NCBI RefSeq assembly: GCF_006345805.1
Contig: NC_043012.1
Location: 39,618,001 to 39,682,000, forward strand
Length of the DNA: 64,000 nt
Source of the DNA: Octopus sinensis
Lineage: Eukaryota
Direction: 5' to 3'
The notes under the pieces are model-generated. The model ran no database searches and had not been told where the DNA came from. It worked only from the letters and a program-made list of their open reading frames with translations. This document shows, in pieces, positions 40,444 to 54,037 of the stretch. Position 1 is the stretch's first letter. Every line of letters starts with the position of its first letter. Position numbers and translations under genes: made by a program.

Positions 40444-41367
40444 ATAATCGTTGAACCTGCCGGTGGGCCATGTTGTGTAAACCGAACTAACTTGATCAGG
40501 ACAAAACACGAACTTTCTGAAGTTCGAACACACAAACGCGCGCTAAAACATATAACACAAAACAGTCGTTGATAGGCTTACATGCGTGCATTTGTTTGTG
40601 TATGTGTATGTTTGCGTATGTTTGTGTGTGTTTGTGTGTGTCTATATTTATGTGTGTGTGTATGTATGCGTATATTTTTGTGTGTGTGTGAGAGAGAGAA
40701 AGAGAGAAAGAGAGAGAGAGAGAGTGTGTGTGAGTGTGTGTGTGTGTGCGTGTGTGTATGTGTGTGTGTGCGTGTGTGTGTGTGTGAGAGAGAGAGAGTA
40801 AGAATTGTTGATGAATCTAATACAGCAGCAAAATGCATGAAACAGTTGATCGATTTTAGTGTATTTACAGATTTTGGGATTTGTAAATAGGTATAGATGC
40901 AGAAGAGGAAGATGTTTTGATAGACACACAGTTTAATCTCAAGTTCAATATTGACTAACGGCAACTACATCATTTGAAATCAGTCAAGGGTTTCTCTGAA
41001 ACACATCCCACATAGCTAGTAACTATTGCAGGTTAATGAACGCCGCTCAACAAACTCCCTCTACCTGTTTGATATTATACGAAGCCCAGTTCCCCTCAAA
41101 TATATCCCATCGACTTAGAAATGTGACGACATGTTGAACTACAGATAATTCAAATGGCAAGGATGTTTACAGTTTTTATGCTATTTCTTATATATTTCAT
41201 ACATTAGTACTGGCCTAGGGTTAAACACAAGCCATAAGAACTAGGAGAGAACCAAGAACAAAATACACCAACCACAACTACAACAACCACAGCAACAGCA
41301 AACACATGATCCGAAACGAAGAGCACAGATCCTCTGTACAATATTTAAGTTTTAGTCTCTGGTTTAT

Positions 41368-41710
41368 AGGCGCAGGCGTGGCTGTGTGGTAAGTAGCTTG
41401 CTCATCAACCACATGGTCCCAGGTTCAGTCCCACTGCGTGGCATCTTGGGCAAGTATCTTCTACTATAGCCTCAGGCCGACCAAAGCCTTGTGAATGGAT
41501 TTGGTAGACGGAAGCTAAAAGAAGCCCGTCGTATATGTGTGTGTGTTTGTCTCCCCAACATCACTTGACCACCGATGTTGGTGTGTTTACGTCCTCGTAA
41601 CCTAGCGGTTCGGCCTAAGTACGATAGAATAAGAACTAGGCTTACAAAGAATAAGTCCTGGGGTCGATTTGTTCGACTAAAGGCGGTGCTCCAGCATGGC
41701 CGCAGTCAAA
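41368..41710 (+). mobile_element. SINE family A, full length (reference copy)
   Basis: tRNA head aggcgcaggcgtggctgtgtggtaag...ggttcagtcccactg, internal (TG)n, tail ggcggtgctccagcatggccgcagtcaaa. Confidence 0.9.
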
Positions 41711-41733
41711 TTTTATTTTCAATTATTGTTGTT

Positions 41734-42057
41734 GTGAAGGCGCGTGGCTTAGTGGTTAACGTACTCCGCTCACAATCTTATGGTTCTGAGTTCGATTCAC
41801 GAAAGCATGTAGTTTTCTTGAGCAAGATGCTTCACTTTACATTACTCCAGCCCATTCAGCTGGCAAAGATGAGTTATACCTTCATTTCAAAGAGGCAGCC
41901 TTGTCACATGTGTCAGGCTGAATCTGCGTTAGAACAGTTTCAAGGGGTACGCGTGTCTGTGGAGTGCTCAGCCACTTGCACGCTAATTTCATGAGCAGGC
42001 TGTTCCGTTCATCGGATCAACTGGAACCCACGTCGTCGTGACCGGCAGAATGCCAGA
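41734..42057 (+). mobile_element. SINE family C, full length
   Basis: gtgaaggcgcgtggcttagtggttaac...gagttcgattc head; colinear with 49707-50027. Confidence 0.75.
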
Positions 42058-42277
42058 TTGTACAACCCAAGGTTACTCACAAACAAAAAGATTCATCGTT
42101 TATGTTTAAAAGAACGTTTGTTAACACTTATTTTGAATGAGATGGTGATGGATAGGAATGGTAAATTCTGAAGACCGAGAAACAAACATTGAGAGAGGAA
42201 GATGCATAAATAAACTTGTTTGTAATGTTCTCTAGGGTTTTATCGATGGTTTTTGGAGAAAGATCGGGATCTGTATG

Positions 42278-42489
42278 TATGAGGGGCTGCTGAAAAAATT
42301 CATGGTTTTGGGAAAAGAAAATTGAGGAGGATTAGTTAATTATAATTTTATTTAACATATTCCCCTCCTAGGATTCGCACACGGTCCTTCAGTTTTTCTA
42401 GGCCCTGTAAGAGAACTCGGAAGGTTGGGCCTCCAACTAGGCGTTTTGCGACACCCTTAAAGTCAGGAACTTTTCAGTACCTCCTCGTA
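42278..42489. mobile_element. Mariner-derived MITE with TA TSD
   Basis: ta|tgaggggctgctgaaaaaattcatgg ... gtcaggaacttttcagtacctcctcg|ta, imperfect TIRs. Confidence 0.75.
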
Positions 42490-42702
42490 TTTCATATGTT
42501 TCATCAAATTCATTATGTAGTCCAGTGATTCTCAGCCATTTTTACCTATAGACCCCGTCGATTCCTATTTTACTCGACTGGACCCTCATAGCGAGTGGAC
42601 TTTTTAAAAATTCCCTTTAAATTTTCAGAATTATTATTAGGAATTGTATAAGTCAAGATATTTGGAGTATTGAAGAATTATAAGAAACTCGTTCTCTTTT
42701 AC

Positions 42703-43145
42703 TCTTTTATTTATTTCAGTCATGTGACAGTTGCCATGCTGGAGCACCGCCTTTGGTCCAGCAAATCGACCCCAGGACTTATTCTTTGTAAGGCTAGTAC
42801 TTATTCTATCGGTCTCTTTTGCCGAACCGCTAAGTTATGGGGACGTAAACACACCAGCATCGGTTGTCAAGCGATTTTGTGGGGAGGAGAAACACAGACA
42901 CACAAACATATATACACACATACACACACACACACACACACTTATATATATATATATATATATACATATATATACACTCATACGACGGGCTTCTTTCAGT
43001 TTCTGTCTTCCAAATCCACTAACAAGGCCTTGGTCAGCCCGAGGCTATAGTAGAATACATTTGCCCAAGGTGCCACGCAGTGAGACTGAACCCGGAACCA
43101 TGTGGTTCGTTAGCAAGCGACTTACCACACTGCCACTCCTACGCA
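42703..43145 (-). mobile_element. SINE family A, full length
   Basis: Reverse complement of 41368-41710 with a longer internal microsatellite. Confidence 0.9.
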
Positions 43146-43269
43146 TCATTGTACATAAATTTGAGCAAAAAGAATCTTGTATGGACCCGCAAGGATCATG
43201 TGCACTCCTGTTGAAAATTTCTGATCTGACTTAATGACGGTTTTAATTGTAGGCTGTTATCAGAAATAA

Positions 43270-44230
43270 TACAAGTCGATGGTTTATACTCTGTATGTCA
43301 ATATTTTGCGGATAGGACATCTTCTGCAGGAAATCTCCAGAGATATGATGTTTTGAGCTGATTTCTTTGTTATGTAGTGTTTTTTACCTGAAGGGTTGCT
43401 TTGCTTGCGCCGGAACGTGTTGCTCTAGTAGCCTATGAGCGGCATATAACTTGGTTCTCTCATTATATGGGCCGGTCTTGCTAATTATGATAGCCTTGTT
43501 TAGTGGCCACAGGGCACGTTTTTATTTTGCCTTATCACCAAAAAATTATATATGTGATTACATCTACTTTCACCCCATTATCTGAAGAGTATTGATTATT
43601 AATTAGATCCAGTTCTATTGTACTTTGGTTAATCTTCAGCTTCAAGGCGAGTTGTTTCTTGATTCAGCGCATTTATTCCTCCAAGCAATATATTTTATGA
43701 ACAGTAGCCCAATAGGTTTAACGGAAACACAAAGTTTAAGTTATCGCCCGACGTAAGACCCTTCTTGTTATGTATAGTGTAATATACACTTGTTCTGTTG
43801 TCACACCTGAGAAGTAAAGTGGTAAACAAAGTATTGGTTGGGTGTACAATAACAACTACAAGTGATTGTGTAATATGGTAATCCTTCCATGGCGTATACT
43901 CTCAAAGCCTCTCTGTTAATCTAGTCATGCTTCTTAAGACAAATTCTTAAGATTATTTACTGCATTTTTTGTTTAGTTTTATTTTGTTGCTGAATATCTG
44001 ACCTTTACAGACCTTCACCGCCTTCTTTCTTCTCAGTTTCCTTAGATATCACACAATAATTTTCGCGTTACAATGTTGCTATAAGAACAGATTGAAGGTG
44101 TCCACTATGTTCTGAGAGTTTCAGTTAGAGTAGTTTGGTAATTATGGGGAAGAGGAGGTGAAGATTTATGGCAGCGAACACACTTTGAGGTACATATCGC
44201 TCATTCCTCTTTTAGACTGTGTTATCGAAT
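43270..44230 (-). mobile_element. Decayed DIRS/Ngaro-like retroelement fragment (RNase H region)
   Basis: YHITQSLVVVIV...LLLRCDNRTSVYYTIHNKKGLTS resembles DIRS RNase H HIN.LEL...VL.R.DN.TAV.YINK.GGT.S. Downstream frames resemble DIRS only weakly. Confidence 0.4.
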
Positions 44231-44328
44231 CTCGTTCAGAAGAAGCGAGATTTTATATATGTGTATCTATGTATCTATTTATGCATGTATCATTGTATTT
44301 CATGTACGCACCTGTTTATGAATTTATA

Positions 44329-44344
<16 letters not shown>

Positions 44345-44387
<43 letters not shown>

Positions 44388-44460
44388 AGAGAGAGAGAGG
44401 AGAGAGAGAGAGCGAAGAAGGAGAGATATGAATATGTCTATACTATAAATATATATATAT

Positions 44461-44491
<31 letters not shown>

Positions 44492-44508
44492 TATGAATAT
44501 GTCTATAC

Positions 44509-44557
<49 letters not shown>

Positions 44558-44628
44558 ATGAATATGTCTATACTATATATATATATATATAAGAGAGAGA
44601 GAGAGAGAGATATGAATATGTCTATATC

Positions 44629-44682
<54 letters not shown>

Positions 44683-44777
44683 GAGAGAGAGAGATATGCA
44701 TATGTCTATACTATATATATATATTATATATATATATATATATAGAGAGAGATAGAGAGATATGAATATGTCTATAC

Positions 44778-44809
<32 letters not shown>

Positions 44810-45088
44810 TAGATATGAATATGTCTATACTATATTAATAATATATATATATATGAGAGAGAGAGGAGAGAGAGATATATATGTCTATATAGATATATAT
44901 ATATATATATATAGAAAGAGAGAGAGAGAGAGAGAGAGATATGAATATGTCTAACTAGATATATATATTCTATATATATATATAGAGAGAGAGAGAGATA
45001 TGAATATGTCTATACTATATATATATATATATATAGATATATAGAGAGAGAGAGAAGAGAGATATGAATATGTCTATACTATATATAT

Positions 45089-45154
<66 letters not shown>

Positions 45155-45180
45155 TGAATATGTCTATACTATATATATAT
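44345..45180. repeat. Compound minisatellite (GA)n-gatatgaatatgtctatact-(TA)n, about 12 units
   Basis: Core recurs every 50-90 bp between variable GA and TA tracts. Confidence 0.95.
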
Positions 45181-45856
45181 AGAAGTATATGCATATAATA
45201 TATATATATATGTTTATATAAACATGTATATGAGTTTATGCATGTACACTTAAATGTGTGTATATGTGTATATGACTATGAATGCGATATACATGTATGG
45301 AAGTGCATGTATGTAAGCATGAGTCGCCGTAGTGTGTATATACAGGTACAAACGTGGAATGCAACAAAAAGCTAACGAGATATACCAATACATTTCACAG
45401 TGAATTGGTCTCCATGTTTCAAAATTCATAACCAGTGGAGTGGGGGGGGTAGCAACAAAGATACTTTTGTGAATTCCATTTCAGATTTTGTATTTTACCT
45501 CCAATATTTTATTCATCAAATTACTTTAATGGAAACAAATCACAATTAAATGTCGTTTTTAATCAAGTTCGTAAATGCTTTCATTTTTTTTCTTTTCTTT
45601 TTTTTTCTCATTTCCTCTGATTTCTTAAATATCCGATTAAGAGAAAACAATAAAACGTGAATAGTTTTCTTAATCCGCTAAAATGAAATAATCCATATTT
45701 GAAGACTATAATATAATCTGGTATTAATATTTCATGAATATTTTAATCCAGCGACAAAGTACCTATGAAATTTAGTCGTTTGAAAACGATTGAAGTGATC
45801 GCCGATTTCTAGCAGTCAATCAATTTCATTGGCTAAAAGCCCTCTTACATACATAT

Positions 45857-45974
<118 letters not shown>

Positions 45975-46071
45975 TATATATACATATATATATATTTGAA
46001 TGTTTTGCGTTCTTGTCCCATTTTGTATTTTTATATATATTTTTATACACATATATATATATAAGAATATA

Positions 46072-46113
<42 letters not shown>

Positions 46114-46202
46114 ATGTGTGTGAGGATGTGCACGCGTGTGTATATGTGTTTGTGTGTGTTTGTGTGTGTATATGTGCGCGCGTGTGTATATATAATATAA
46201 AT

Positions 46203-46403
46203 ATTGGGTTTCAAATTTTAGTACAAGGCCAGCAATTTCGAGCAGTCCGGGGGTGGGGCTAGTCGATTAGATCGACGACAGTGTTTAACCGGTACTTGTT
46301 TCATCGACCCCAAAAGGATGAAAGGCAAAGTCGACATCGGTGGAACTTGAACTCAGAACATAAACACGAACGATGTGCTAACGATTCCACCAACTCAACG
46401 CTT
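46203..46403 (-). mobile_element. SINE family B
   Basis: catcgaccccaaaaggatgaaaggcaaagtcgacatcggtggaacttgaactcagaac. Confidence 0.8.
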
Positions 46404-47916
46404 CACACACACACACACACACAAATAAACAGTGCATGTATATATGTATGAGTGTTTCTGTGCGTATGCGTGTGCATAATGTATGTATATGTTCTTTGGC
46501 TCATTCGTTATTATAGCCAAGGCTTAGTAGCCATAACGTGATCGTTTCTATCCTCAGTGTTTTGGGATTGAATCATTTCTCTCTTAAACTTTCAAATGAT
46601 TTCCCTGGGAGATTTTAAAATTATTTTTGAATTTTCTTCACTTAATTTCTCTATACTTCAAGTGATATGGGGAAAAAAGGCACCGGGGGGGGGGCAATAC
46701 TTACCCTGTGCGAACACAAGGATAAAATAAAATTTAATTTAATAAAAATATTCTCAAACGAATTCATATTTCAACAAAGTGACATCAAGAGTTATTTCTC
46801 CTGCTTATCGTTTATACATTTATAACCAAGAAAAATGACATTTTGATTCAACCGTCCGCCACGTTTGGCGATAATAAAACCAAAATTTAATGAGTTCGAG
46901 CCACTCTTCCAATGCGTATTTTCGCCAAATTCGATGAAAATTCGTTCTACCATTTACCAGCAATTTTTCAAACACAGACAAAGAAAGACGTGCGAAGCAG
47001 GGTTATTGTAAGGTTACTAAAATTTATTCTTTGCCGAAATGTGAAAACGAAATCCATCTTACATTTTGGTTGATATGCTCTTCAAGTGACTGCGTTATTG
47101 CAAGTTCTCTCATTCAATTCGTTGATTCATGGGATCGAACCTAAAAAGAAAGATAAATAAATAAAGGGGAAATATACAGCTAAAAAATTATTTCGGATAA
47201 ACTTGGCTGCTATTTGATCAGATACAAGTTCAATTTGTTTTCTTCCATTAACACCTCCATGTGTATTCCCAACAGGGTGTAACTAAAATAGGGATAAATG
47301 CATTGAAATATGATTACTCTACATAAAGTCCAACGACTTAACCATTCATCGCAGACCCGCAGGTTTTCTACACTATCGTTGGTACGAAAAGAACCCTTGC
47401 AAAGAGGAAATCTCGCAGTTACTACGGGCAAAATTTGTCATATTTTAAATTCTACTGATATTCTTCACGTGTTTTCTTTGTTGAATAAGTTTCGACAATA
47501 GGCAAAATGATACCTCTCTTTTACAAGACAATACAATTTTAGTAAATTACTCGGTTAAAGTTGAGATTTACGTTTCTTAAGATTTATTTAGGTTTGTGAC
47601 AGATTCTTATCAAACACATTTTTGGAGAGAGAGAGGGGCGGAGAGAGAGGTTAAGAGAAACAACGAGGTACGAGATAGCCAAAAAAAATGTGTTATAGTC
47701 CTTGTGAAGCTTTTATTTAAACTCAAACAAGGACTGCCAAAAACTTATATTTCGTGAACCATAGTGTAGCAACGCCGAGGGAAAAATCTGCGTATCATTG
47801 ATAATTATATTCTATAGTGTATACTGAGTAATTTTCTCTGATTGGTGTAAATAAAAAACGCATAGATACTTCTGCGTATAAGGTACAAGTAAACAGATGT
47901 GTGTGTGTGTGTGTGT

Positions 47917-47952
<36 letters not shown>

Positions 47953-48964
47953 TTGAGTGTGTGTGATGAAGATACGGCCTTGAAAGTACAATGACAACTA
48001 TATTATGACATCATTAATATGGCCACACTTCACGTCATTTTAAAATCTGACTCCGTTCTGAAGTCATTCCCTACTCTCTGATAGTCACTTGACTCATCCG
48101 TGTCACACACACGAACACAATGCTACGTAATGCTAAGGGAGAGCTAAGCATAAGGAAACATCAATTTTAGTGTGTGTGACTAAATGGAAACTGTTAAATG
48201 GTTGTCAGTTTGATGTCCACTCGTTGTTCCTTTCTGTTAGAAAAAGCTGAGGGTGAAACTCAGTGCAGACTCGCTTCTTTTCATTTATATATATATATAT
48301 ATATACGCTTTAGTCAACATCATATTGAATGCTATTGCAGATAATGCATTAAATACAATTTTATATACTTTAGGAAGCTCAGATTACGATACATATTGTG
48401 TATTCGTTTCTTTTTGTATCTGTGAATAACTATTGATCTTCTATAAAAACGAGGCTGCATCCCTTAATTTCCTGCTTTTCTATACGCAAACCCAGAAGGT
48501 ATCTTGCGTAACAGTTATTATTTTAACCAGATACATCTTATTATCACCTGAGAGACACATCTACACCGACGGATACTCCTAAACCAGTTGTTAAGTATCC
48601 CATCCGTGAGTGATCGACGCGAAATGGGTCGAAATAGTTGTAATGATTAATAAGCATTCTCGTATCTTCCATCTTCCGTCGCTCATTCATCATATATATA
48701 CACAGGTGTATGTGTTTAATTTACTATAGAGCAATCCATGGACGGGTGAAGAATATCGCTATCTAGATGGGATTTGAGCTCAGTGTATGAGGGGCTGCAA
48801 CGCATTTAATGCCAGTATTTGACTAGTACCTTGTCAGTTGACACCAAAAGCACAGGACGTTTGAAAAGCAAACTTCCTGTGGTGTGGGAGCCAACTGGAA
48901 AAAATAATAATAATACTAAAGGGACATAACTGAATATAACAAGGCGTTTAATCTGGCTCTGTAC

Positions 48965-49385
48965 CAATTTTTAAGCACAATATGGGTGTATAGGGGAGGA
49001 GGATAGTCGACCACATCGACTCGGTCAGTTAGTACTTATTTTATCGACCCTGAAAGGATGAGAAGAAACGTTAACCTTGGCGGAATTTGAGCTGAGAACA
49101 TAAAGCTGGAAGAAATGCTGTGAAGCATTTTCTCCGGCAAAGATAACGGTTCTGTCCGTTCGCCGCCTTTTCAATTCAACTAATAAAAGTTTCCGATTTT
49201 GGCACAAACCCAGCAATTTTTTTACGCAGGGAAATTAACCGATTATATCGACGCCAGTGTCCGAGTGGTACTTATTTCAATCGGCCCCTCAAGCATGAAA
49301 GGCAATGTCGTCTTCGGTGGCATTTGAACTCAGAATGTAAAAGCTCAAAAGAAATCCTCTAATTATCTTCCAGCTTGCCGCCTTA
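48965..49385 (-). mobile_element. Two tandem diverged SINE family B copies
   Basis: Two cores: tacttattttatcgaccctgaaaggatg and tacttatttcaatcggcccctcaagcatgaaaggc, each ending in gccgcctt. Confidence 0.7.
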
Positions 49386-49412
49386 ATTACCTAAATGATA
49401 AGAAAATTAGTG

Positions 49413-49615
49413 TACAGTAATCCCTCAAATATCGCGGGTGTTACATTCCAAAAATCCGCGAAATAGAAACAGTACTGTACTGCGTATTTTTATAATTTTA
49501 TAATTTGTATTTATTTACTTAATTATAAATGCAAAACAACAACACAGAGAAAACGATGTAAGCTTAAATAATAAACCGTAATAAGCGAATCGCGATATGG
49601 CGAGGAATCACTGTA
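49413..49615. mobile_element. Tigger/pogo-like MITE, same family as 8127-8336
   Basis: ta|cagtaatccctc ... gaggaatcactg|ta; shared interior tagaaacagtactgtactgc. Confidence 0.85.
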
Positions 49616-49706
49616 CATTTCCGGTCCCAAGTCGATCCACGGTTGATTTGAACTCAAAACGCCCAGTTACATGTACAAGTGATTTTTCTGGTGCAACAAC
49701 AATAAT

Positions 49707-50027
49707 GTGAAGGAGCGTGGCTTAGTGGTTAGGGCATTCGGCTGACGATTGTAAGGTCGTGAGTTCAGTTCCCGGCGGGGTGTTTTGCCCTCGTGTAAGA
49801 TACTCTCTTTGACTTTGCCCCAATCTTCTCAGCTGGCAATTATCAGTGGTACCTGTAATTCAAAGGGGGATAGCCTTGTTACATTCTGCGTCGCGCTGAA
49901 TCTCCCTCAGAACTACGCTAAGGTTGCGCGTGTCCGTGGAGTGTTCAGTCATGCTAATTTCACGCGCCAGCTGTTCCGTTGATCCGAACGACTGGAATAT
50001 TCATCGTCGTAACCGACGGAGTGCCAG
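49707..50027 (+). mobile_element. SINE family C
   Basis: gtgaaggagcgtggcttagtggttaggg...gctgaatctccctcagaactac...ctgttccgttgatc. Confidence 0.75.
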
Positions 50028-50686
50028 TTAGTAATAACCATCATAATAAACCATCGCCATCTATAATACATTAATAAAATTTCAAGTATCTAGAGCGGGT
50101 TGTGTAGAATGTTGAATGATTTTTAATTCGCTCAAAATAGACCAATATTTTAACCTTTTCGATGTACATCCGCCATCAGAAAAAGATCTGGTGAGAAATG
50201 GTAATGTTTTGTCCAAGAGAGTTAAGAAACGGTGACAAAGGAATGGACTCAATAACGCTATGACGGAAATGTGTTATATTGAATACGTGTTCAAGCCATA
50301 AGAACATGGACATGAAACGGATATTAAAATGTCTTATTTTTCTACCACTTCGCCCTGATTAACATCCAGAGATATTCGTTTCTATTGAATCCTGCTACCT
50401 GCTTAAAACTATGGCATGGAGTTAATTATGTAGCTACCAATGCAAACACACATAAACACATGTACACCCACCCACACTCAAACACAGGTACACACACACA
50501 CACACACACACACACGCGCGCACGCGCACACACACACACACACAAACACACATATATATGCATGTGTGTGTGCTACCGTCACTCTGTTTATATACATGTA
50601 GGTTACCATATATTTTAATATGTGTGTTTGTGCTAGTGTACATGTTCTTGTGTGTTTGACTCTGTCTCTCTCTCTCTTTCGCTCTT

Positions 50687-50720
<34 letters not shown>

Positions 50721-50949
50721 GTATACATATATATCTGAGTGTGTGTGTATGTGTGTTTATTCTTTTCTATTTAAGTGTGAATATGTATATATGCATTCTG
50801 TATAGACATGAATCGTTTCTATTTCTCTCTCTGTCCACATACGCGCGTTTCATTGCGTGTTAGGACACACTGTTCAGAGTTTTCATTCAGACTGAAGCAG
50901 CGTTGGTCACTTGGCACCTGATGTGGACAAAATCTACTGCAGCGCGATG

Positions 50950-51330
50950 CTTTATTAAACTTTATTTTAAAATATTAGCCACCAATTTCTATAGGTGTCA
51001 TCTTCATAAACATCCAGAGCAATCACGGACAATTTTCTTGAATAACACTTACGTTGATGATGTGTCTGTTGACATATTCTTCAGGATTTTCAAAATCGTA
51101 CTTTAAACAATCCTCTCTTTAATCTGATTCAACTGTAGACAAATCTCTATGAAAGATTTTATGCAAATTAGTAAGAGAATTTCACACAAACGAGTTAAGA
51201 TTCCAAGTAATTCATTGTTCAATTTGCTAAAAATTACCAAGAACATTAATTATACATTGGCTTCGTCAGAAAAATTGATGACTAAGCGACGACAGTTTAT
51301 TTACTCATCATAATACTCAGAGCCACCAAA
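50950..51330 (+). mobile_element. Decayed BEL/Pao-like LTR retrotransposon RT fragment
   Basis: HLHKHPEQSRTIFLNNTYVDDV (YVDD), then STVDKSL, VREFHTN and TKRRQFIYSS in the order expected for BEL/Pao RT. Confidence 0.55.
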
Positions 51331-51645
51331 ACACGGTTCCTCATGTGTGAACCGGTCACATCGCCGGGTGACCGCACGAGTTTTAAAGATAGCTTTCTTT
51401 TTAGACATACTCTGTGTGTGTACATGCATGTGTGCGCGCGTGACCGTGTGAACGTAGCATCTGCGTATGAAAATGCGCCTGTCTATATGTATGTGTGTGT
51501 GTGTGTGTGTGTGTGTATGTATATGTCGGAAGGACATACTGCAAAACTGAATATCAGCTAAGTGAATAAAGCTGATTTTATGTGCGTGTGTGTGTGTGTG
51601 TGGTGTGTGTTAATGTATATCCAACACATTACGCCAATCCTGCTT

Positions 51646-51707
<62 letters not shown>

Positions 51708-54037
51708 ACACTCTGTTTTTCGTCTTCTTTATTCCTTGAAATAAATCAACAAGTTAACCTATTGATGGATATTTTTCCTTGATCAATGATCAATTAATGA
51801 TTTCCCTTTGATTGCCAAATCGCGTGAGCGCAACTTTCAGTGTTCTTGTGACTGTGTGCGCGTCAGTGTCTGTTTGTTTGTCTGTACGTGTGTGTATACG
51901 CGTGTATGACTGTATTCGTGTTAGTCAGCTCTATGTCTATCGACATATTTGATGTCATTCCAGGTACGAGTGCGTCGTCGTCATTTCTCTTTCATAGCTC
52001 ACTATTTTTAGATTAACAACAACGCATAATGACAACGTTATTATTATTACTGTTGTTGTTGTTATGTTCATTAGTAATAGTTGTTGTAGTAGCAGTAGTA
52101 GAGGTACATAAATGGAATCGATTTAGGCTTCTTTTTCTAAAAAAAAAAAAAAAAAATTAGTCCATACTGGTTTAGTTCTCTGCTGCCATTAACATTAAGA
52201 ACGCGAAACCCGTCTCTTTGAATCAAAGAACTAAAAAGTATGTAAAACAAGTGCAGCAGAAAAATAAATATACACAAAAAAATAACAAAAAATTACAAAG
52301 AAATACAGCAAAAATCTATGAATAGTCTATCCATTAAATTCCATTTAATGCCTAAAAAACATCACACTTGATTATTCCAAGCTAATAAACATTATTCGAT
52401 ACATTTGCTTCGGTTTTCGTTTCTAGCTTCGATATTTTTCTGTTTTATTTATATTTATATATTTTTTCTTAACAACGGTTCCCCCTTGATGATTCGCTAA
52501 GATTGGTTTTGATTACATTCTCTGAAAGACGTAACGCTGAATTTCTATCCGAAATCAATCTAATGGACATGTTCGAGTTATAACAATGGAATAACAACGC
52601 TTGTTATTGACCAGAGAATAGCGGTTTTGCCTTGCAACAGAAAACTATTGAATATTTACCGTATTTTCATATTTTCATGTAAAGATAGTTTCATACTTTA
52701 TACTTGATATATTCAATTCATTCTTCAATCGTATATATTCCACTCAGAAGTCTTTCGTATGAAACACTATGGCGACAGACTTTCTCTTCCATTTCGTGTC
52801 AAAGCAAATTATTACATTTGCTCGATATTGTAGACTTCCTTCGTTACATTCTCAAGATCGTCTGTTTTAATCAACTGAAGAAATGTTAGAATTGGTTTCA
52901 AAATCTGGATTTCAAATCAGCAATTATTTTACTGCACTCGTACAGTGTTTATCATTAAGTACAATAAAATATATTTGTGTAATTTTAATATCATTAAAAT
53001 AATGCATTACTTTTTTTTTTCTTTTTTTTTATAAGTCTCTTCAAGTGCCACTGATCGTCAGCTTTAATCAATCGGAGACATGTCGGAATTGAGATAAATT
53101 TTGACTTCAAATCAATGGTGATTCTAGTTTACTTCTACAATATTCTTCATTAAGAAAGAACAATCGCGTCAATCCATTCCATTCATTTATTTATTTTTAA
53201 TATCTTTAAGAGCTGTAAAATCGATTGTCTGCTTTAATCAGTTGAAAAGGTGTCAAAATTTTGTGTAATCTTTAATTTAGTGCAATCAACCGAAAAGTGA
53301 TTCTAACTTTATTTCGACAACATTTATCATTTAAATATACCAAAACCAACAACTTGCAGGTAAGAACGACAACGTTTCGCAAATCCCTTTACTGACTCCT
53401 AATTAAATATCACTAAATAGACGCGACATTAATCCAACGGTTGAATAAGGCGACTGTCTGCTTACTCTCCTAGAACTGATCTATTGATTTTAATTAACTA
53501 TTCCACTAGTAATGCATAAGAGCTAAAGATGCACGCTGCATCATCGTGAAGAGTCCATTTTCGCCTCATTTTTTTAGTCGTAATTTATATTATTGCTGTA
53601 CAGTAAATGCAAACTTTTGGTAAATTAAGTGAGCAACATTTCAATTCTAGTATGAATCCCGTTCGCAACACCAACATTGTTAATAATCATTAGCAAGGCT
53701 CATCAGTTGCAGCGGATCAGCTCATCTACTCATTTACTGGATCAAGAGAGCAATGACTATTTTAGCAGTCAACTCTCGGAAGGACAACACTCGGTACCAC
53801 ATTTCTTTGGCTTCTTAAGGCATTTAAATGTCTTTTACAGTATGTACGTGAAAGAATAATTGTTACAGAATCCCAATAACCAATCAAACCAAAACAAATT
53901 TCTGGCTATCTCACTAATTCCAAAATCTTCAATGATTTTCAAGAAAATGAGAGGCACAGATTGCAGGAGACGTTAGAAAGTCAAACTAAAATCATAATAC
54001 CTTTTCTTTTCCTCTTAGTTGACAGTTCGAATCCCAC

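Noticed and set aside
44345-45180. CRISPR-like repeat-spacer appearance
   Set aside because: The spacers are microsatellites, the context is eukaryotic, and there are no cas genes.
53037-53335. Diverged tandem duplication of about 170 bp
   Set aside because: Visible (gctttaatca and gtgattcta anchors) but old, AT-rich and without any functional signal.
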